DNA of 64,000 bases, taken from positions 174,048 through 238,047 of the IMG/VR virus record IMGVR_UViG_3300024350_000252. The stretch is one strand, 5' to 3'. Position 1 is the first letter of the stretch, and the number at the start of each line of letters is the position of its first letter. Shown one piece after another: positions 21,401 through 29,830 of the stretch. The translations under genes were made by a program, and so were the position numbers. The notes under the pieces were generated by a model. The model searched no databases. It was not told where the DNA came from and saw nothing but the letters and a program-made list of their open reading frames with translations.

Positions 21401-21964
21401 GCCACTGTGGTGTTTACAGGTACATCATATTATACTATTGGCACTAACTTTGTGTCAACTTCTGCGGTCAACAGCGGACAGACAGTGACATTGGCTGTGT
21501 CATCTCCTAGCGGTAACACATCAGTCGTTTATGTTACTTCTGCGAGCTGGGAAGCTACTGGTGCTACGATCGGTACTTCTGTAGCTGCTACTGAAACTAA
21601 ATTCCCAGCAGGTACGGCGGTATCATCGGTGAGCACATTACAAACATTTAACAGTGTTACTTATTATTCTGTAACATTTACTCAGAGTTCAAATACGGCA
21701 ATCAATGCTGCCGCAACAATTACATTGAGCTTTGGTAATCCAGCTTTTGCTCAGCCAGGAGAAAAAGTATTTTCATTCATTGCTTCTCCGGGTACATCGG
21801 ATAGTTTGGATCTAAGCAGCTTAAAAGAATTGACTGTGACTGCTCTAGGTGGTCGAGGTACATATCCAAACGGTCCAGACGTTTTGGCTATCAACGTTTA
21901 TAAAACATCAGGAACGGCCGTTACTGCTAACTTGATTCTTCGTTGGTCTGAAGCACAAGCCTAA
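15446..21964 (+). CDS. Giant virion structural protein (2172 aa; tail/baseplate-associated)
   Basis: DAIERMRVATPQSMLDADFEYGLQPTKW, RQSKKYIRYQSGKG, WYGAGFI, MRTGNMPVRYEV motifs of T4-like virion proteins; four Ig-like repeats; Thr/Ser-rich. Confidence 0.8.
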   Translation: MAKKKIDNYVFRPGIGYNSYLYPNAYASLNNNLNFIQAEVTAYLDYKIAQDTAVNLLPNAVALLTNNRLWLANEITAYIAYNVSQGTPGFTGRTYDAAKCTSDVSKVITAYINDLRYGGNENTITAISYYWVGSVPQIAGTRFLEIAGYTYLKSLIANYVFTRTAPPTVYQSGTGLTQNTSGSNAESSAVTKMNVLTQNTIDVITSGLGSLPATQLKTATFANYTYDSQLCIRDLNFVLNAYLHDIRYGGNEQTVYVVGFYWNGTVAQVNGSRQPEIQAHTYVYQLIANYIIKNLQTPTPYQGIVPQVIVPSLTYESAAGAQVTYLGSTLVSVIANGLSSLPSIIPATNGQLKIQGNYTLSDFLLITNTTTNTIIYNFTNPANGGVIVTNSSEFSDPMVNSGGNFPDNPITDSDFPQFRQITDTVTFIEFISDTSSMSSTDSLQIFVEVPELTVRPYDFGTDAIERMRVATPQSMLDADFEYGLQPTKWQAIAMARGYPSIYEIPGTDQNLISIITDASTGTSGVGGSLITVTTASNHGFSTGQPITVRGLDPSVFGFARAEGSYIITAVPTTKSFSYYAKAKVGTVASTSLLTTYTSVRQGGFFTGAEIGTPSFTVLSNGSTGTVTTVFATNSGSNRFAFTTAGAPSIGAPISGTGIPTGSQITSIVGSGGVIVTPILTSDYLAGVSEIDVASTANILIGEAVNNGVGTAIFVTAINNNTLTFSAPFQAPLIGNTVTYSTVSGTNIVGTGNGATFNVTRNSTVDYTVAVNAAGTGYAVGDTIKILGSNVGGVTPVHDFYVTVSGLSGSGILTVNITGGVANPIDNQTISADNTVYTTASTGTNAVFSVTRGVSAYTVNITNGGSGYSINETFTILGTAFTFGATTANDVTITVVDVSASYTGVSGTVSPAGGNGATFNVTRVNAVYTLVTLVNPGTNYSLGDTITILGTDLGGTTTTNDLTISVSGIGVTGNVASFTFSGTAGGTGAVATISVSGTANSITTYSAVSGTNVESQGSLASFNITRQTSLYSSVTLATNGIGYATGNRILILGTALGGASPANDLVITVGSVNGVGVISTVSYDTGQAAAGGTTFALYSTITFSDVTSQAVPASTSINYAALATIRVDFANYHGFVPGSSIIVAVTSDNGVNNHNLAGGSYFITQVPTATSIQFFARAAGTITGTILGRVYARPDSFFVHRPFDGGVQLGTSGPQHGAQAIRQSKKYIRYQSGKGIMYTTGALFAPSYTLQSATASPNVEVGTILTFTTDDTDHGLQINGRIRISGITTPGYDGDYDVYNIVNERTFQVVSLYRLGSQTAQLGNDAVVSVLNWQGAAVRAGTFDDQNGIFWEYDGANLWAVQRSATKQLAGTVAAIPNSNLITGTNTRFRDQLKAGDTLVIRGMTHVVTSVVDQTTMYVTPDYRGVNNVSGAKICAVTEKRVPQYQWNIDRLDGRGPSGYKLDITKMQMIGLQWSWYGAGFIDWMLRGSNGNFIFCHRMRNSNVNYEAYMRTGNMPVRYEVQNYTKNAALAADMTATQNTIVLDDATTFPTFGTVYIDNELMYYSGKTNNTLTGVTRQAQLNNFTAGAARSYTAGPSTTHSTRTGVVLVSNTVTPQISHWGSAMITDGRFDEDRGYLFSYTSSGTSISTTKVTAFLIRLAPSVSNAVVGDLGDRELINRAQLLLQEISITTEANASGGVVIEGILNPQNYPTNPGDITWGGLSGLSQGGQPSFAQIAPGGSVNWNGGATTTTATITVINPITTTVTVPTGTAFNRSSGTSFFYVTKTSWDTAGAFNGINISDGKFTTTGTKVSSVTASPAPQATTLPLVVGSATIAFSQSNNQNVQYFTQTSWQNLNAKVGYSVYTLDNSFPSGTTITQIQGPFNFSGINYYQVTFSQLSQQQKNQGSTVQFQFGGTVNAGTQTLYFTQSSWAARPIDTTTGQTTNSIYFTNGTTISTIGSLDTFAGSGFFPVTFSTGTLTSVAGAATVVFTGTSYYTIGTNFVSTSAVNSGQTVTLAVSSPSGNTSVVYVTSASWEATGATIGTSVAATETKFPAGTAVSSVSTLQTFNSVTYYSVTFTQSSNTAINAAATITLSFGNPAFAQPGEKVFSFIASPGTSDSLDLSSLKELTVTALGGRGTYPNGPDVLAINVYKTSGTAVTANLILRWSEAQA

Positions 21965-22003
21965 ATCATTGTATCACTGAACTGGTCATCGATAATTACT
22001 AGC

Positions 22004-23278
22004 ATGATACTAGTAATCGGTGATCTAATCTTAGACGTTTTCCAAAAAGGCAAAAGCCGCAGACTCAGCCCCGAAGCTCCTGTGCCTGTAATAACAGGTA
22101 TGTCGAGAAAAATCTATCCGGGAGGTGCTGCTAATTTAGCACTCAATCTAGCCGACATGGGAATAATAACTACAATCCGTGGACAGCTAGGTCGTGATGA
22201 AGAAGCTTATATATTAGACAATATGATCACACAGCATCCAAATATCAGATCCGCTATAGGATTTCAAGATGATGCTAACACTACTGTAAAAACTAGGATA
22301 ATTGCTAATGGACAGCAGATAGCTAGATTAGACGTAGACGGTATCTATTATCCAATTTCTATATTAGAAGTTTTTGAAAGAGAAGAAATAGAATTTGATA
22401 TAGTTGTAGTCAGCGATTATGATAAAGGTGTTATAGGAGATCTTTCTCAAGAACTTAAAATTTTAAAAGATCGAGGTATACGCACACTCATAGATCCTAA
22501 GAAAGATTTTGATCATTACAAAAATGCTTGGTTGATAAAACCTAATCTAAAAGAGTTTTTTGATTTTGTAGGACCAGCAGAAGATCCAGATCATATGTAT
22601 GATCTAGGTAGTAAAGCTCTTAGAAAATATAATATAGAATATATGTTAGTGACATTAGGTCATCAAGGTATGGCACTGATATCACAACGAGAAATACAAC
22701 ATTTTCCTGCTCTTGAGTGCGATGTTTATGATATCACTGGCGCTGGTGATTCTGCCCTAGCAGGATTAGTCTATGGACTTAATAAAGGAAAGTCTTTAAT
22801 AGACAGTATAGAATTAGCGCAAAAAGCTGCTAGCGTAGCCATTTCACATCATGGTGTTTATAGAGTAACTGAAAAAGAATTAAAAAATAAAACAGTATTT
22901 GCTAATGGTGTCTTCGATATACTACATGCTGGGCATATAAAATTGTTAGAACAAGCACGTAGATTAGGTGATCGATTAATAGTTGGTATCAATTCAGATA
23001 CCAGTGTTAAAAAATTAAAAGGCGATAACCGTCCAATCAACGACGAAAAAACAAGAGCACATACATTAAAACAATTTAGTTGTGTAGATGATGTGATTGT
23101 TTTTGACGAAGATACTCCTTATGACTTGATAAAAAAATTAAAACCTGATATAATAGTCAAGGGAGGCGATTATACTGTAGACCAGGTAGTAGGAAAAGAA
23201 TTGGTAGATGAAGTAGTGATAATACCTCTCGAAGAAGGATACAGTACTACTAAAATAATAGGAAATATAAATGGATAG
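22004..23278 (+). CDS. hldE: Bifunctional heptose-7-phosphate kinase / heptose-1-phosphate adenylyltransferase
   Basis: GDLILD..RLSPEAPVPV..GGAANLA, DITGAGD (PfkB kinase); NGVFDILHAGH..GINSDTSVKKLKG..RPIN (nucleotidyltransferase). Confidence 0.92.
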   Translation: MILVIGDLILDVFQKGKSRRLSPEAPVPVITGMSRKIYPGGAANLALNLADMGIITTIRGQLGRDEEAYILDNMITQHPNIRSAIGFQDDANTTVKTRIIANGQQIARLDVDGIYYPISILEVFEREEIEFDIVVVSDYDKGVIGDLSQELKILKDRGIRTLIDPKKDFDHYKNAWLIKPNLKEFFDFVGPAEDPDHMYDLGSKALRKYNIEYMLVTLGHQGMALISQREIQHFPALECDVYDITGAGDSALAGLVYGLNKGKSLIDSIELAQKAASVAISHHGVYRVTEKELKNKTVFANGVFDILHAGHIKLLEQARRLGDRLIVGINSDTSVKKLKGDNRPINDEKTRAHTLKQFSCVDDVIVFDEDTPYDLIKKLKPDIIVKGGDYTVDQVVGKELVDEVVIIPLEEGYSTTKIIGNING

Positions 23279-23660
23279 GATCACAGGAAAAGTAGATAAA
23301 GGTTGGGGCATGGAATTGATCTGGGCCTCAAATGATGAATATTGCGGAAAGATATTAGTATTCAATAACGCTGGTTCTAAGTTTTCGATGCATTTCCACA
23401 AAGACAAAGACGAAACTTGGTTTGTCAATCAGGGAAGATTTAAAGTGCGTTGGATAGATACTAAGACAGCAGTTTTATACGAAAAAGAACTTAACGAGGG
23501 AGATGTATGGCATAATCCTAGATTACAACCTCATCAGTTAGAAGCTATGGTTGGCAATTCATCTATCACTGAAGTAAGTACAGCCGACAGTCCAGATGAC
23601 AACTATCGTATTATACCCGGAGACAGTCAAGCTGAAATAATGCCCAAGGAAGAAAAATGA
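23271..23660 (+). CDS. Cupin protein (sugar-phosphate isomerase-like)
   Basis: KGWGMELIW..SMHFHKDKDETWFV..QPHQLEA..EVST cupin motifs; overlaps both neighbours. Confidence 0.8.
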   Translation: MDRITGKVDKGWGMELIWASNDEYCGKILVFNNAGSKFSMHFHKDKDETWFVNQGRFKVRWIDTKTAVLYEKELNEGDVWHNPRLQPHQLEAMVGNSSITEVSTADSPDDNYRIIPGDSQAEIMPKEEK

Positions 23661-24523
23661 TCGTAGTTACTGGTGCTGGCGGATTTATCGGATCTAATAT
23701 AGTTCGACGGTTAAACGACCAAGGTCGTGACGATATCATCGTTGTAGATAATGTGATCGATAATCTAAAAGATTGTAAATTCCAAGAACATATTTTGATC
23801 ACGAAATTTTATAGTTTTTTTAAACGCTGGGATCAGGTCGAAATCGTCTATCACGAAGGTGCTGCATCAGATACTACAATACAGATAATGGATGTTTTTT
23901 CTCAGATGAACATCGGTCCTTCTAGATTTCTGCTAGAAAAGAGCAAACATCACGAGTTCTTATTATCAATGGCTTCATCGGCATCTGTTTATGGAAATCA
24001 AAGTAATTTTAAAGAAACAGATGAAATGGATCCTATGTGTCCATATGCTTACAGCAAAGCAGTTATAGATGAAATGATAGACGATGATTTATCTAATGTT
24101 CAGTCATTTAGATATTTTAACGTGTACGGTCCTGCCGAACAGCATAAAAAACATCAGGCTAGCCCAATAACTAAATTTTATCTACAGGCTAAAAAAACAG
24201 GAATGATAGAAATTTTTGAAGGTTCCGAAAATTTCAAAAGAGATTTTGTATGTGTAAATGATTTGATAGATATAAAATTCCGAATGGCAGAAAAGAAAGT
24301 AAAAGGAATTTATAATATCGGTACAGGACAACCAAGATCATTCGCAGAGGTGGCAGAAATAATTGCGAACAAAACTAACGCAGAAATCAAGATCATTCCT
24401 TTCCCTGAAAATCTAAAAAATCAATATCAATCGTATACCTGTGCGGATACAACATTATTGAAATCTGTTATAGGTGAATATCAGTTTACTACTGTCGAAC
24501 AGTACGTTGATAGTCTTGAATAA
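23657..24523 (+). CDS. hldD: ADP-L-glycero-D-manno-heptose 6-epimerase
   Basis: IVVTGAGGFIGSN, HEGAASDT, ASSASVYG, YAYSK, RYFNVYGP, RDFVCVND, YQSYTCAD. Confidence 0.9.
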   Translation: MIVVTGAGGFIGSNIVRRLNDQGRDDIIVVDNVIDNLKDCKFQEHILITKFYSFFKRWDQVEIVYHEGAASDTTIQIMDVFSQMNIGPSRFLLEKSKHHEFLLSMASSASVYGNQSNFKETDEMDPMCPYAYSKAVIDEMIDDDLSNVQSFRYFNVYGPAEQHKKHQASPITKFYLQAKKTGMIEIFEGSENFKRDFVCVNDLIDIKFRMAEKKVKGIYNIGTGQPRSFAEVAEIIANKTNAEIKIIPFPENLKNQYQSYTCADTTLLKSVIGEYQFTTVEQYVDSLE

Positions 24524-24767
24524 AAAATTCAAGATCTTTCTTTGATTCTATTAATTTGAATTTATAAAGATTGTGGTTTTCAAAACCCATCGGTTCGAAT
24601 GCTAGGTTTCCGGCAGATTGATCTAAGTCTCTAGCACAATCTAAAAATCTTTTGTATAGTTTTAGAAAACTATTTTTTGTTTTTTCTTCAGTCAGTGACT
24701 CTAAAAAATTATCGTATTTTGCGCAGTCATTGACATAGTGTATACTATTTCTTATAGACATAGTCAT
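24489..24767 (-). CDS. Hypothetical protein (92 aa)
   Basis: ATGA-coupled to the upstream minus-strand gene; converges on and overlaps hldD by 35 bp. Confidence 0.6.
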   Translation of the reverse strand: MTMSIRNSIHYVNDCAKYDNFLESLTEEKTKNSFLKLYKRFLDCARDLDQSAGNLAFEPMGFENHNLYKFKLIESKKDLEFFIQDYQRTVRQ

Positions 24768-25150
24768 GCTGATTTCTCCATCAACAAAATAGTATCTATC
24801 TTTGTTTGTGTAATCTTGCTAGCTAATGTAGACTTTAAACCGGAATGAAGATTTTTTGGTAATAAGGACATGTTAGCCCAACAAAATGTCTGGTCTGCTT
24901 CTGATATAAATTCTTCTTCTACTAGACAGATATAAGTTGAAAATTCAAAACCTTGATCTTGGCTAAGATACAACTCAATAGGGATCAATCTATAGGCGCT
25001 GCTTTTATACAATGCGATAAGATCTTTTGAATCATCTACAACAGTTGTAGATCTTGAAAATGTTGGCACAGTCCATTTTGAATCATCTAGGATTAACATC
25101 ACTCTAGATGTTTTTTTACTAATAAAAAGTATGCCAGCACGTTTTTGCAT
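24764..25150 (-). CDS. Degenerate Nudix-fold protein
   Basis: RAGILFI..RVMLIL..W start and FCW..LPKNLHSGL end fit a Nudix scaffold, but there is no GX5EX7REUXEEXGU box. Confidence 0.5.
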   Translation of the reverse strand: MQKRAGILFISKKTSRVMLILDDSKWTVPTFSRSTTVVDDSKDLIALYKSSAYRLIPIELYLSQDQGFEFSTYICLVEEEFISEADQTFCWANMSLLPKNLHSGLKSTLASKITQTKIDTILLMEKSA

Positions 25151-25161
25151 ACTATTATGTA

Positions 25162-26616
25162 TCAGGGTTCTAAAATCATTCTCCAGAAACCGGATTGATA
25201 CTCACCTTCGAATGATCTTAGCCACTGTACACCGTCCCACTTGTATTGGATCTTGGTTTTAAGATTTTGTAAGTAACGAATATTTGGATCCTCGGCAGAC
25301 GCAAAGATCACATTCCACCGATTGCCGTTCCACTCTATAATATCGTTGGCATTTGCGACTAAATCTTGATTAGATGTTCCTTTCCAAGCATCAGCACCAT
25401 CAGTATTGATTTCAGATCCTATATCTTCTAGTATAAGATATCTAGTACCTGTTGGAATGTTTGCTTTTCCTTCCCAAAAAGTCAAGGGATTAAATGTTTG
25501 AGGATTGATAATTCCAGTCACATAAGGTATATCAGAATCGTTAGTTGGCAACGTATCCGCAAAGAAGTTGATTACTAGGTAAGTTGGATCAAGCTCGTTG
25601 ATCGTAAATGTACCAACAATTTCATAGCCTGTTTGTTGTAAAAATCTAATTTGGCTGATTCCTGCCTGATATCCGGGATCTCTCTGTAAAATTATTTCCC
25701 AGTTTAATTTTTCACCGCTGTGTACCGGAATGTTTATTAACCCACCTTCGGTAATTTCTGTAGGATCTATTATGCTAAGATAATATTGTCCAGTATCGAC
25801 TCCTGTGACAGCTAGACTAGATAGTAACAATACTTTGAATCTATCAGGAGACAATACTAAACTCTTACCTCCTATATTTGGTTCGTCTGAATTATAAACT
25901 ATATCATTTAAAGTCTTAAGACTACCATCCGAATTCATAACATTCATAACAATACTTTTGACAACGCCTAATTTCTTGACTTTGGCTGGCGGTGAAATAA
26001 ACACAGGCATTTCAAAATCTAATGAACACACATCTATATCCTGTTCCGTGCCTTGAGGTATAGTCCTGCTACTAAAAGAAACATTATTCAGCATCACAGT
26101 GCTCAAACTGGTCCAGTCGATATAGTTGTCTGTGAATTGTACTTCTAGACTAGGGTTGAACAATACTAAAATTTGTTCTAGTATCTGTAGTTTTTGATCA
26201 GTATTACTAGTCCAGATGTCTGCCTTGACAGTCATCTTATATGGAGTAGGCATAAGTCTTTCTACAGTATATCCTCCACCTTGTGCGTTATTGTATTCTA
26301 TAACATTATTTCCGTTTTCATCAGTAACTGTACCGTAATCTCTTTCTCTGATATTAACTTTCGAAACAAAAGATGCATCCGATAATCTTGCTGTGTCTAA
26401 TTCTAATGCGGTGACATAACATGATATTTTAGGTACACTAGGCATCTTATTCTCAGAATTTTCTCTGATAATATTGGCTACCTGTCTGCTTAGATCACCG
26501 TAAGACACTGGTACTTGTTTCAACGTTCCGTCACCGGCTTGATATTTGAAACCGATAAAAATACGCATGAACTGTGTTATGAAACGTCTTATCTGTCCGT
26601 CGTAGAAAAAATCCAT
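25162..26616 (-). CDS. gp15: Tail sheath stabiliser/terminator, T4 gp15-like, C-terminally extended
   Basis: FFYDGQIRRFITQFMRIF..VPVSYG..PTPYK..QILEQILVLFNPS..FEMPVFISPPAKV; adjacent to the neck genes. Confidence 0.75.
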   Translation of the reverse strand: MDFFYDGQIRRFITQFMRIFIGFKYQAGDGTLKQVPVSYGDLSRQVANIIRENSENKMPSVPKISCYVTALELDTARLSDASFVSKVNIRERDYGTVTDENGNNVIEYNNAQGGGYTVERLMPTPYKMTVKADIWTSNTDQKLQILEQILVLFNPSLEVQFTDNYIDWTSLSTVMLNNVSFSSRTIPQGTEQDIDVCSLDFEMPVFISPPAKVKKLGVVKSIVMNVMNSDGSLKTLNDIVYNSDEPNIGGKSLVLSPDRFKVLLLSSLAVTGVDTGQYYLSIIDPTEITEGGLINIPVHSGEKLNWEIILQRDPGYQAGISQIRFLQQTGYEIVGTFTINELDPTYLVINFFADTLPTNDSDIPYVTGIINPQTFNPLTFWEGKANIPTGTRYLILEDIGSEINTDGADAWKGTSNQDLVANANDIIEWNGNRWNVIFASAEDPNIRYLQNLKTKIQYKWDGVQWLRSFEGEYQSGFWRMILEP

Positions 26617-27938
26617 TATTCGTCTGCCTTGGGTCTAAGAGCTTTTGACAGGCTCTGTTTTTCTTTGATAGTTTTACCGTTGATCACGGTAGTTTTTTCG
26701 TTATTAATAAATGTACCTTTTTGGTTCAGTCTTACTTTATCGGTATCAGTAGTGTCAGAGAAACCTGTTTCGCTGACGGTCATCCTTACGTTGTCTGAGT
26801 ATCTGACCCAATTTCTTCCATCGTATCTAAACAATCTCTTAGGAAAGTAATCTGTTCGCAAACAATATTGTCCAGGAACAGGATTAGCTGGAAAATAGAT
26901 ACCGCTGGTAAAAGCAGCACCATTGGGCGGCAGTCCTTCCTCGAGGTACTGTTGATATCCTGGAGCTACAGGGTGTGCTACTATCATGCTGGCATCGTCA
27001 TAAGTTTCTGATGCCGGCACTGTAGTAGTATCAACTGTTTGTAGTGCTATCCTTCCTGTCTCTGGATCTACAGGAACAGTATAATATGTAGTAGTATCAT
27101 ACCCGGCTTTAGGTACATCTAGTTCTGCTTGTTCAAGCACGGCTTGAGTTATACCAAGTTCAGTTTTGTAAGTACTAGTCACATCTCTGAGACTGTCTGC
27201 CAGTTTATAATAATTTGTGTTTGGCGGCGCGATATCTGTTACAGGAGCAGTTACGGTATATTTTTTACCATCTGGACCTGTTACAACATCGCCGATCTGA
27301 TAGGTATAACCAGGACGATACACACCTACATCGCTGTCTGTGTCGGCTATACCGTCTAGTATCTGTTTGAATTCTTGGCTGTCTACCAGTGGAGTACATT
27401 TGGCACGATACAAGTGTGGGTACCAAGTTACTGAAAATCCCTGTGCTGCTCTATTAACTTCTTGAATAACATAAAATCTTTTGAGAGCAAACTTAAGATC
27501 GTTAAGAGCATGATAATCTTTAAGGTGTGGCAATTCTAGTACATCGCCTGGCATAATCTTCCTGCCTAATTTTTCCACAGTATCATTGATGTGGAATGTA
27601 ATGAATACCGTGTCGTTTTGTAAAAATAAACCAAATTGACTGAGATTAAAATCTATATCCTGTATATTGTAATGACCTCGCAAAATGTAAACATTAGGGT
27701 CATATTTTCTATCTCTGTTTTCTAAAAACAGCAAATCTTGTATATGCGTTTCAGGAGTAGAAGTTCCTGTATAATTAGGTAAACTAGGGCTGCTTTCCCC
27801 AGGCAATGGATCTCCAGGACCGGCATATTTGTGTACTAGAACATCCGTACCGCCAACTTGGAACATCTCCCAAATATTGCGGTCAAAAAACTTGTAATCG
27901 TTGCCTTTTTCGGGCTTGTATAAACTGAGTCTTGGCAT
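26616..27938 (-). CDS. gp14: Neck protein, T4 gp14-like
   Basis: DLLFLENRDRKYD..QDIDFNLSQFGLFL..PGDVLELPHL; start moved to ATG at 27938 (MPRLSLY), downstream of GTAAATA at 27946-27952. Confidence 0.75.
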   Translation of the reverse strand: MPRLSLYKPEKGNDYKFFDRNIWEMFQVGGTDVLVHKYAGPGDPLPGESSPSLPNYTGTSTPETHIQDLLFLENRDRKYDPNVYILRGHYNIQDIDFNLSQFGLFLQNDTVFITFHINDTVEKLGRKIMPGDVLELPHLKDYHALNDLKFALKRFYVIQEVNRAAQGFSVTWYPHLYRAKCTPLVDSQEFKQILDGIADTDSDVGVYRPGYTYQIGDVVTGPDGKKYTVTAPVTDIAPPNTNYYKLADSLRDVTSTYKTELGITQAVLEQAELDVPKAGYDTTTYYTVPVDPETGRIALQTVDTTTVPASETYDDASMIVAHPVAPGYQQYLEEGLPPNGAAFTSGIYFPANPVPGQYCLRTDYFPKRLFRYDGRNWVRYSDNVRMTVSETGFSDTTDTDKVRLNQKGTFINNEKTTVINGKTIKEKQSLSKALRPKADE

Positions 27939-27971
27939 AGTATTATATTTACCGCCACGATAAATAACAGT

Positions 27972-28736
27972 ATGAGCCAACTAGATGAAGAAAAACAGAA
28001 GGTCTATGACTATTGTAAGACCATGCTGGGCGACGGCATGATCGACGTCGAACTAGATCCTATACACTATCAAACAGCCCTTGATAGGTCATTAGCTATT
28101 TTTAGGCAAAGATCGGACAATTCTGTAGAAGAATCTTTCGCATATCTAACGCTGGAAATAGACAAAAACGAGTACATACTGCCTAAAGAAATACAGGTAG
28201 TACGTGAAATCTATAGGCGTTCGATAGGTTCTAGATCCGGCGGCGGCACGGGAGGCACAGTATTTGAACCATTCAATCTAGCCTATACAAATACCTATCT
28301 ATTAAGCTCGACAAACATGGGCGGTCTTCTAACTTATGAACTGTTTGCTCAATATCAAGAACGTGTGGGTAAGATGTTCGGTAGCTTCATACAGTTTACA
28401 TGGCATCCACAAACGCACAAACTGACTATACACCAAAGACCGCGTTCTATGGAACAAGTCATGTTATGGGTTTACAATACTCGCCCAGATCATGCTATCT
28501 TGACAGATACGTATGCTAACATATGGATCAAAGATTACACACTAGCTAACTGTAAAATGATGCTAGGACAAGCACGTGAAAAATTCCAAACTATCGCAGG
28601 CCCAGGCGGCGGAACCAGCCTAAACGGGCAAGCATTAAAACAAGAAGCACAAGCAGATATCGAACGACTGACAGCAGAACTGGTCAACTTTGTACCAGGC
28701 ACTGCTATGGCCGGATATACATTCGTTATTGGTTAA
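27972..28736 (+). CDS. gp13: Neck protein, T4 gp13-like
   Basis: LGDGMIDVELDPIHY..WIKDYTLANCKMMLGQAREKF..GPGGGTSLNG. Confidence 0.85.
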   Translation: MSQLDEEKQKVYDYCKTMLGDGMIDVELDPIHYQTALDRSLAIFRQRSDNSVEESFAYLTLEIDKNEYILPKEIQVVREIYRRSIGSRSGGGTGGTVFEPFNLAYTNTYLLSSTNMGGLLTYELFAQYQERVGKMFGSFIQFTWHPQTHKLTIHQRPRSMEQVMLWVYNTRPDHAILTDTYANIWIKDYTLANCKMMLGQAREKFQTIAGPGGGTSLNGQALKQEAQADIERLTAELVNFVPGTAMAGYTFVIG

Positions 28737-28743
28737 ACCACAC

Positions 28744-28772
28744 TTGACAGCAGCATAGACGACCTGTATTAT
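28744..28772 (+). promoter_or_regulatory. Sigma70-type promoter for the dNMP kinase
   Basis: TTGACA-17 nt-TATTAT. Confidence 0.75.
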
Positions 28773-28793
28773 ATACTTTAAACAGGGGGCTCT

Positions 28794-29474
28794 ATGATTA
28801 TAGGTATCTGCGGTTTCATAGGCAGTGGTAAAGACACTATTGCCGACTATCTAGTAAATTTCCATGAATTTAGGCGTGAGAGTTTTGCCAATACTCTCAA
28901 AGATGCGTGTGCGGCTGTGTTTGGCTGGGATCGTACACTGTTAGAAGGAAGAACTAAACAAGCCCGCGAGTGGCGTGAACAGCGCGACGAGTGGTGGAGC
29001 CAACGTCTAGGAATGGATATTACTCCTAGATGGATACTACAATACTGGGGAACTGAGGTTTGCCGCAGGGGTTTCCACGACGATATCTGGATTGCCAGTT
29101 TAGAAAATAAACTGCGTAACAGCAAAGACAATGTTGTTATAAGCGACTGCCGCTTCCCAAACGAAATTACCAGTATCAAGAACGCAGGCGGCAAGATTAT
29201 TTGGGTACAGCGCGGTCCCTTACCGGATTGGTACGATCTTGCTGTTCAAGAAAATGTACACGGCTCTGAAGAAGCTAAGTTTGAATTGATCAAGCGTAAA
29301 GTACACGCCAGCGAAACCAGTTGGGTTGGAACAGATTTTGATGTCATCTTAGACAACAATGGTACTATTGACGAGCTGTATAAACAGGTCAAAAGTCTGG
29401 TGTTAGATCTCCCTGACGCCAACGAACGTTCTCTTTATGTAGGACTCTCTGACAGTTTGCGCATACTGACTTGA
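28794..29474 (+). CDS. gp1: Deoxynucleoside monophosphate kinase (T4 gp1-like)
   Basis: IIGICGFIGSGKDT P-loop, SFANTLKDA, TPRWILQYWGTEVCR, VISDCRFPNE, HASE. Confidence 0.92.
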   Translation: MIIGICGFIGSGKDTIADYLVNFHEFRRESFANTLKDACAAVFGWDRTLLEGRTKQAREWREQRDEWWSQRLGMDITPRWILQYWGTEVCRRGFHDDIWIASLENKLRNSKDNVVISDCRFPNEITSIKNAGGKIIWVQRGPLPDWYDLAVQENVHGSEEAKFELIKRKVHASETSWVGTDFDVILDNNGTIDELYKQVKSLVLDLPDANERSLYVGLSDSLRILT

Positions 29475-29724
29475 GATTGCTAGGGCGGCAATTATCGAGA
29501 TTTTCGTCTATATGATAGACCGCAAAAACTTCTTTGTGAGGAGATTTAAATCCGCATCGATCACACTGAAGTTTCAAACGGTACCCTGCTCTATACCATC
29601 TAGGGATACCGTGATTTTTTCCATGCTTTAGGCAAATTTCACATAGTGACCTATAATAGGTCTTGCCATTTTTATGGTAGTTGACTGCTGCCGGCCTAAA
29701 TCCGCAGCTACAAAGCGGTCTCAT
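29389..29724 (-). CDS. Zn-binding HNH endonuclease-like protein
   Basis: CxC, CxxC, CDRCGF..YHIDENLDNCRPSNLKSVCANC; GGTAAATA 5 nt before the ATG. Confidence 0.75.
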   Translation of the reverse strand: MRPLCSCGFRPAAVNYHKNGKTYYRSLCEICLKHGKNHGIPRWYRAGYRLKLQCDRCGFKSPHKEVFAVYHIDENLDNCRPSNLKSVCANCQRVLHKENVRWRQGDLTPDF

Positions 29725-29830
29725 AAAAATATTTACCCTTTTCTACCCCTTTAGAACTAGTTATAAAGGTACATTTTCTCCAAAACACGCTAAATATTTT
29801 AACAAGATTTAACCTTCAGGAGATAACGGA

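Noticed and set aside
26616-27980. ORF-track starts at 27980, 36429, 48394, 49079, 52514 and 60294
   Set aside because: They extend across promoters or deep into upstream genes; downstream starts fit SD, late-box spacing or short overlaps better.
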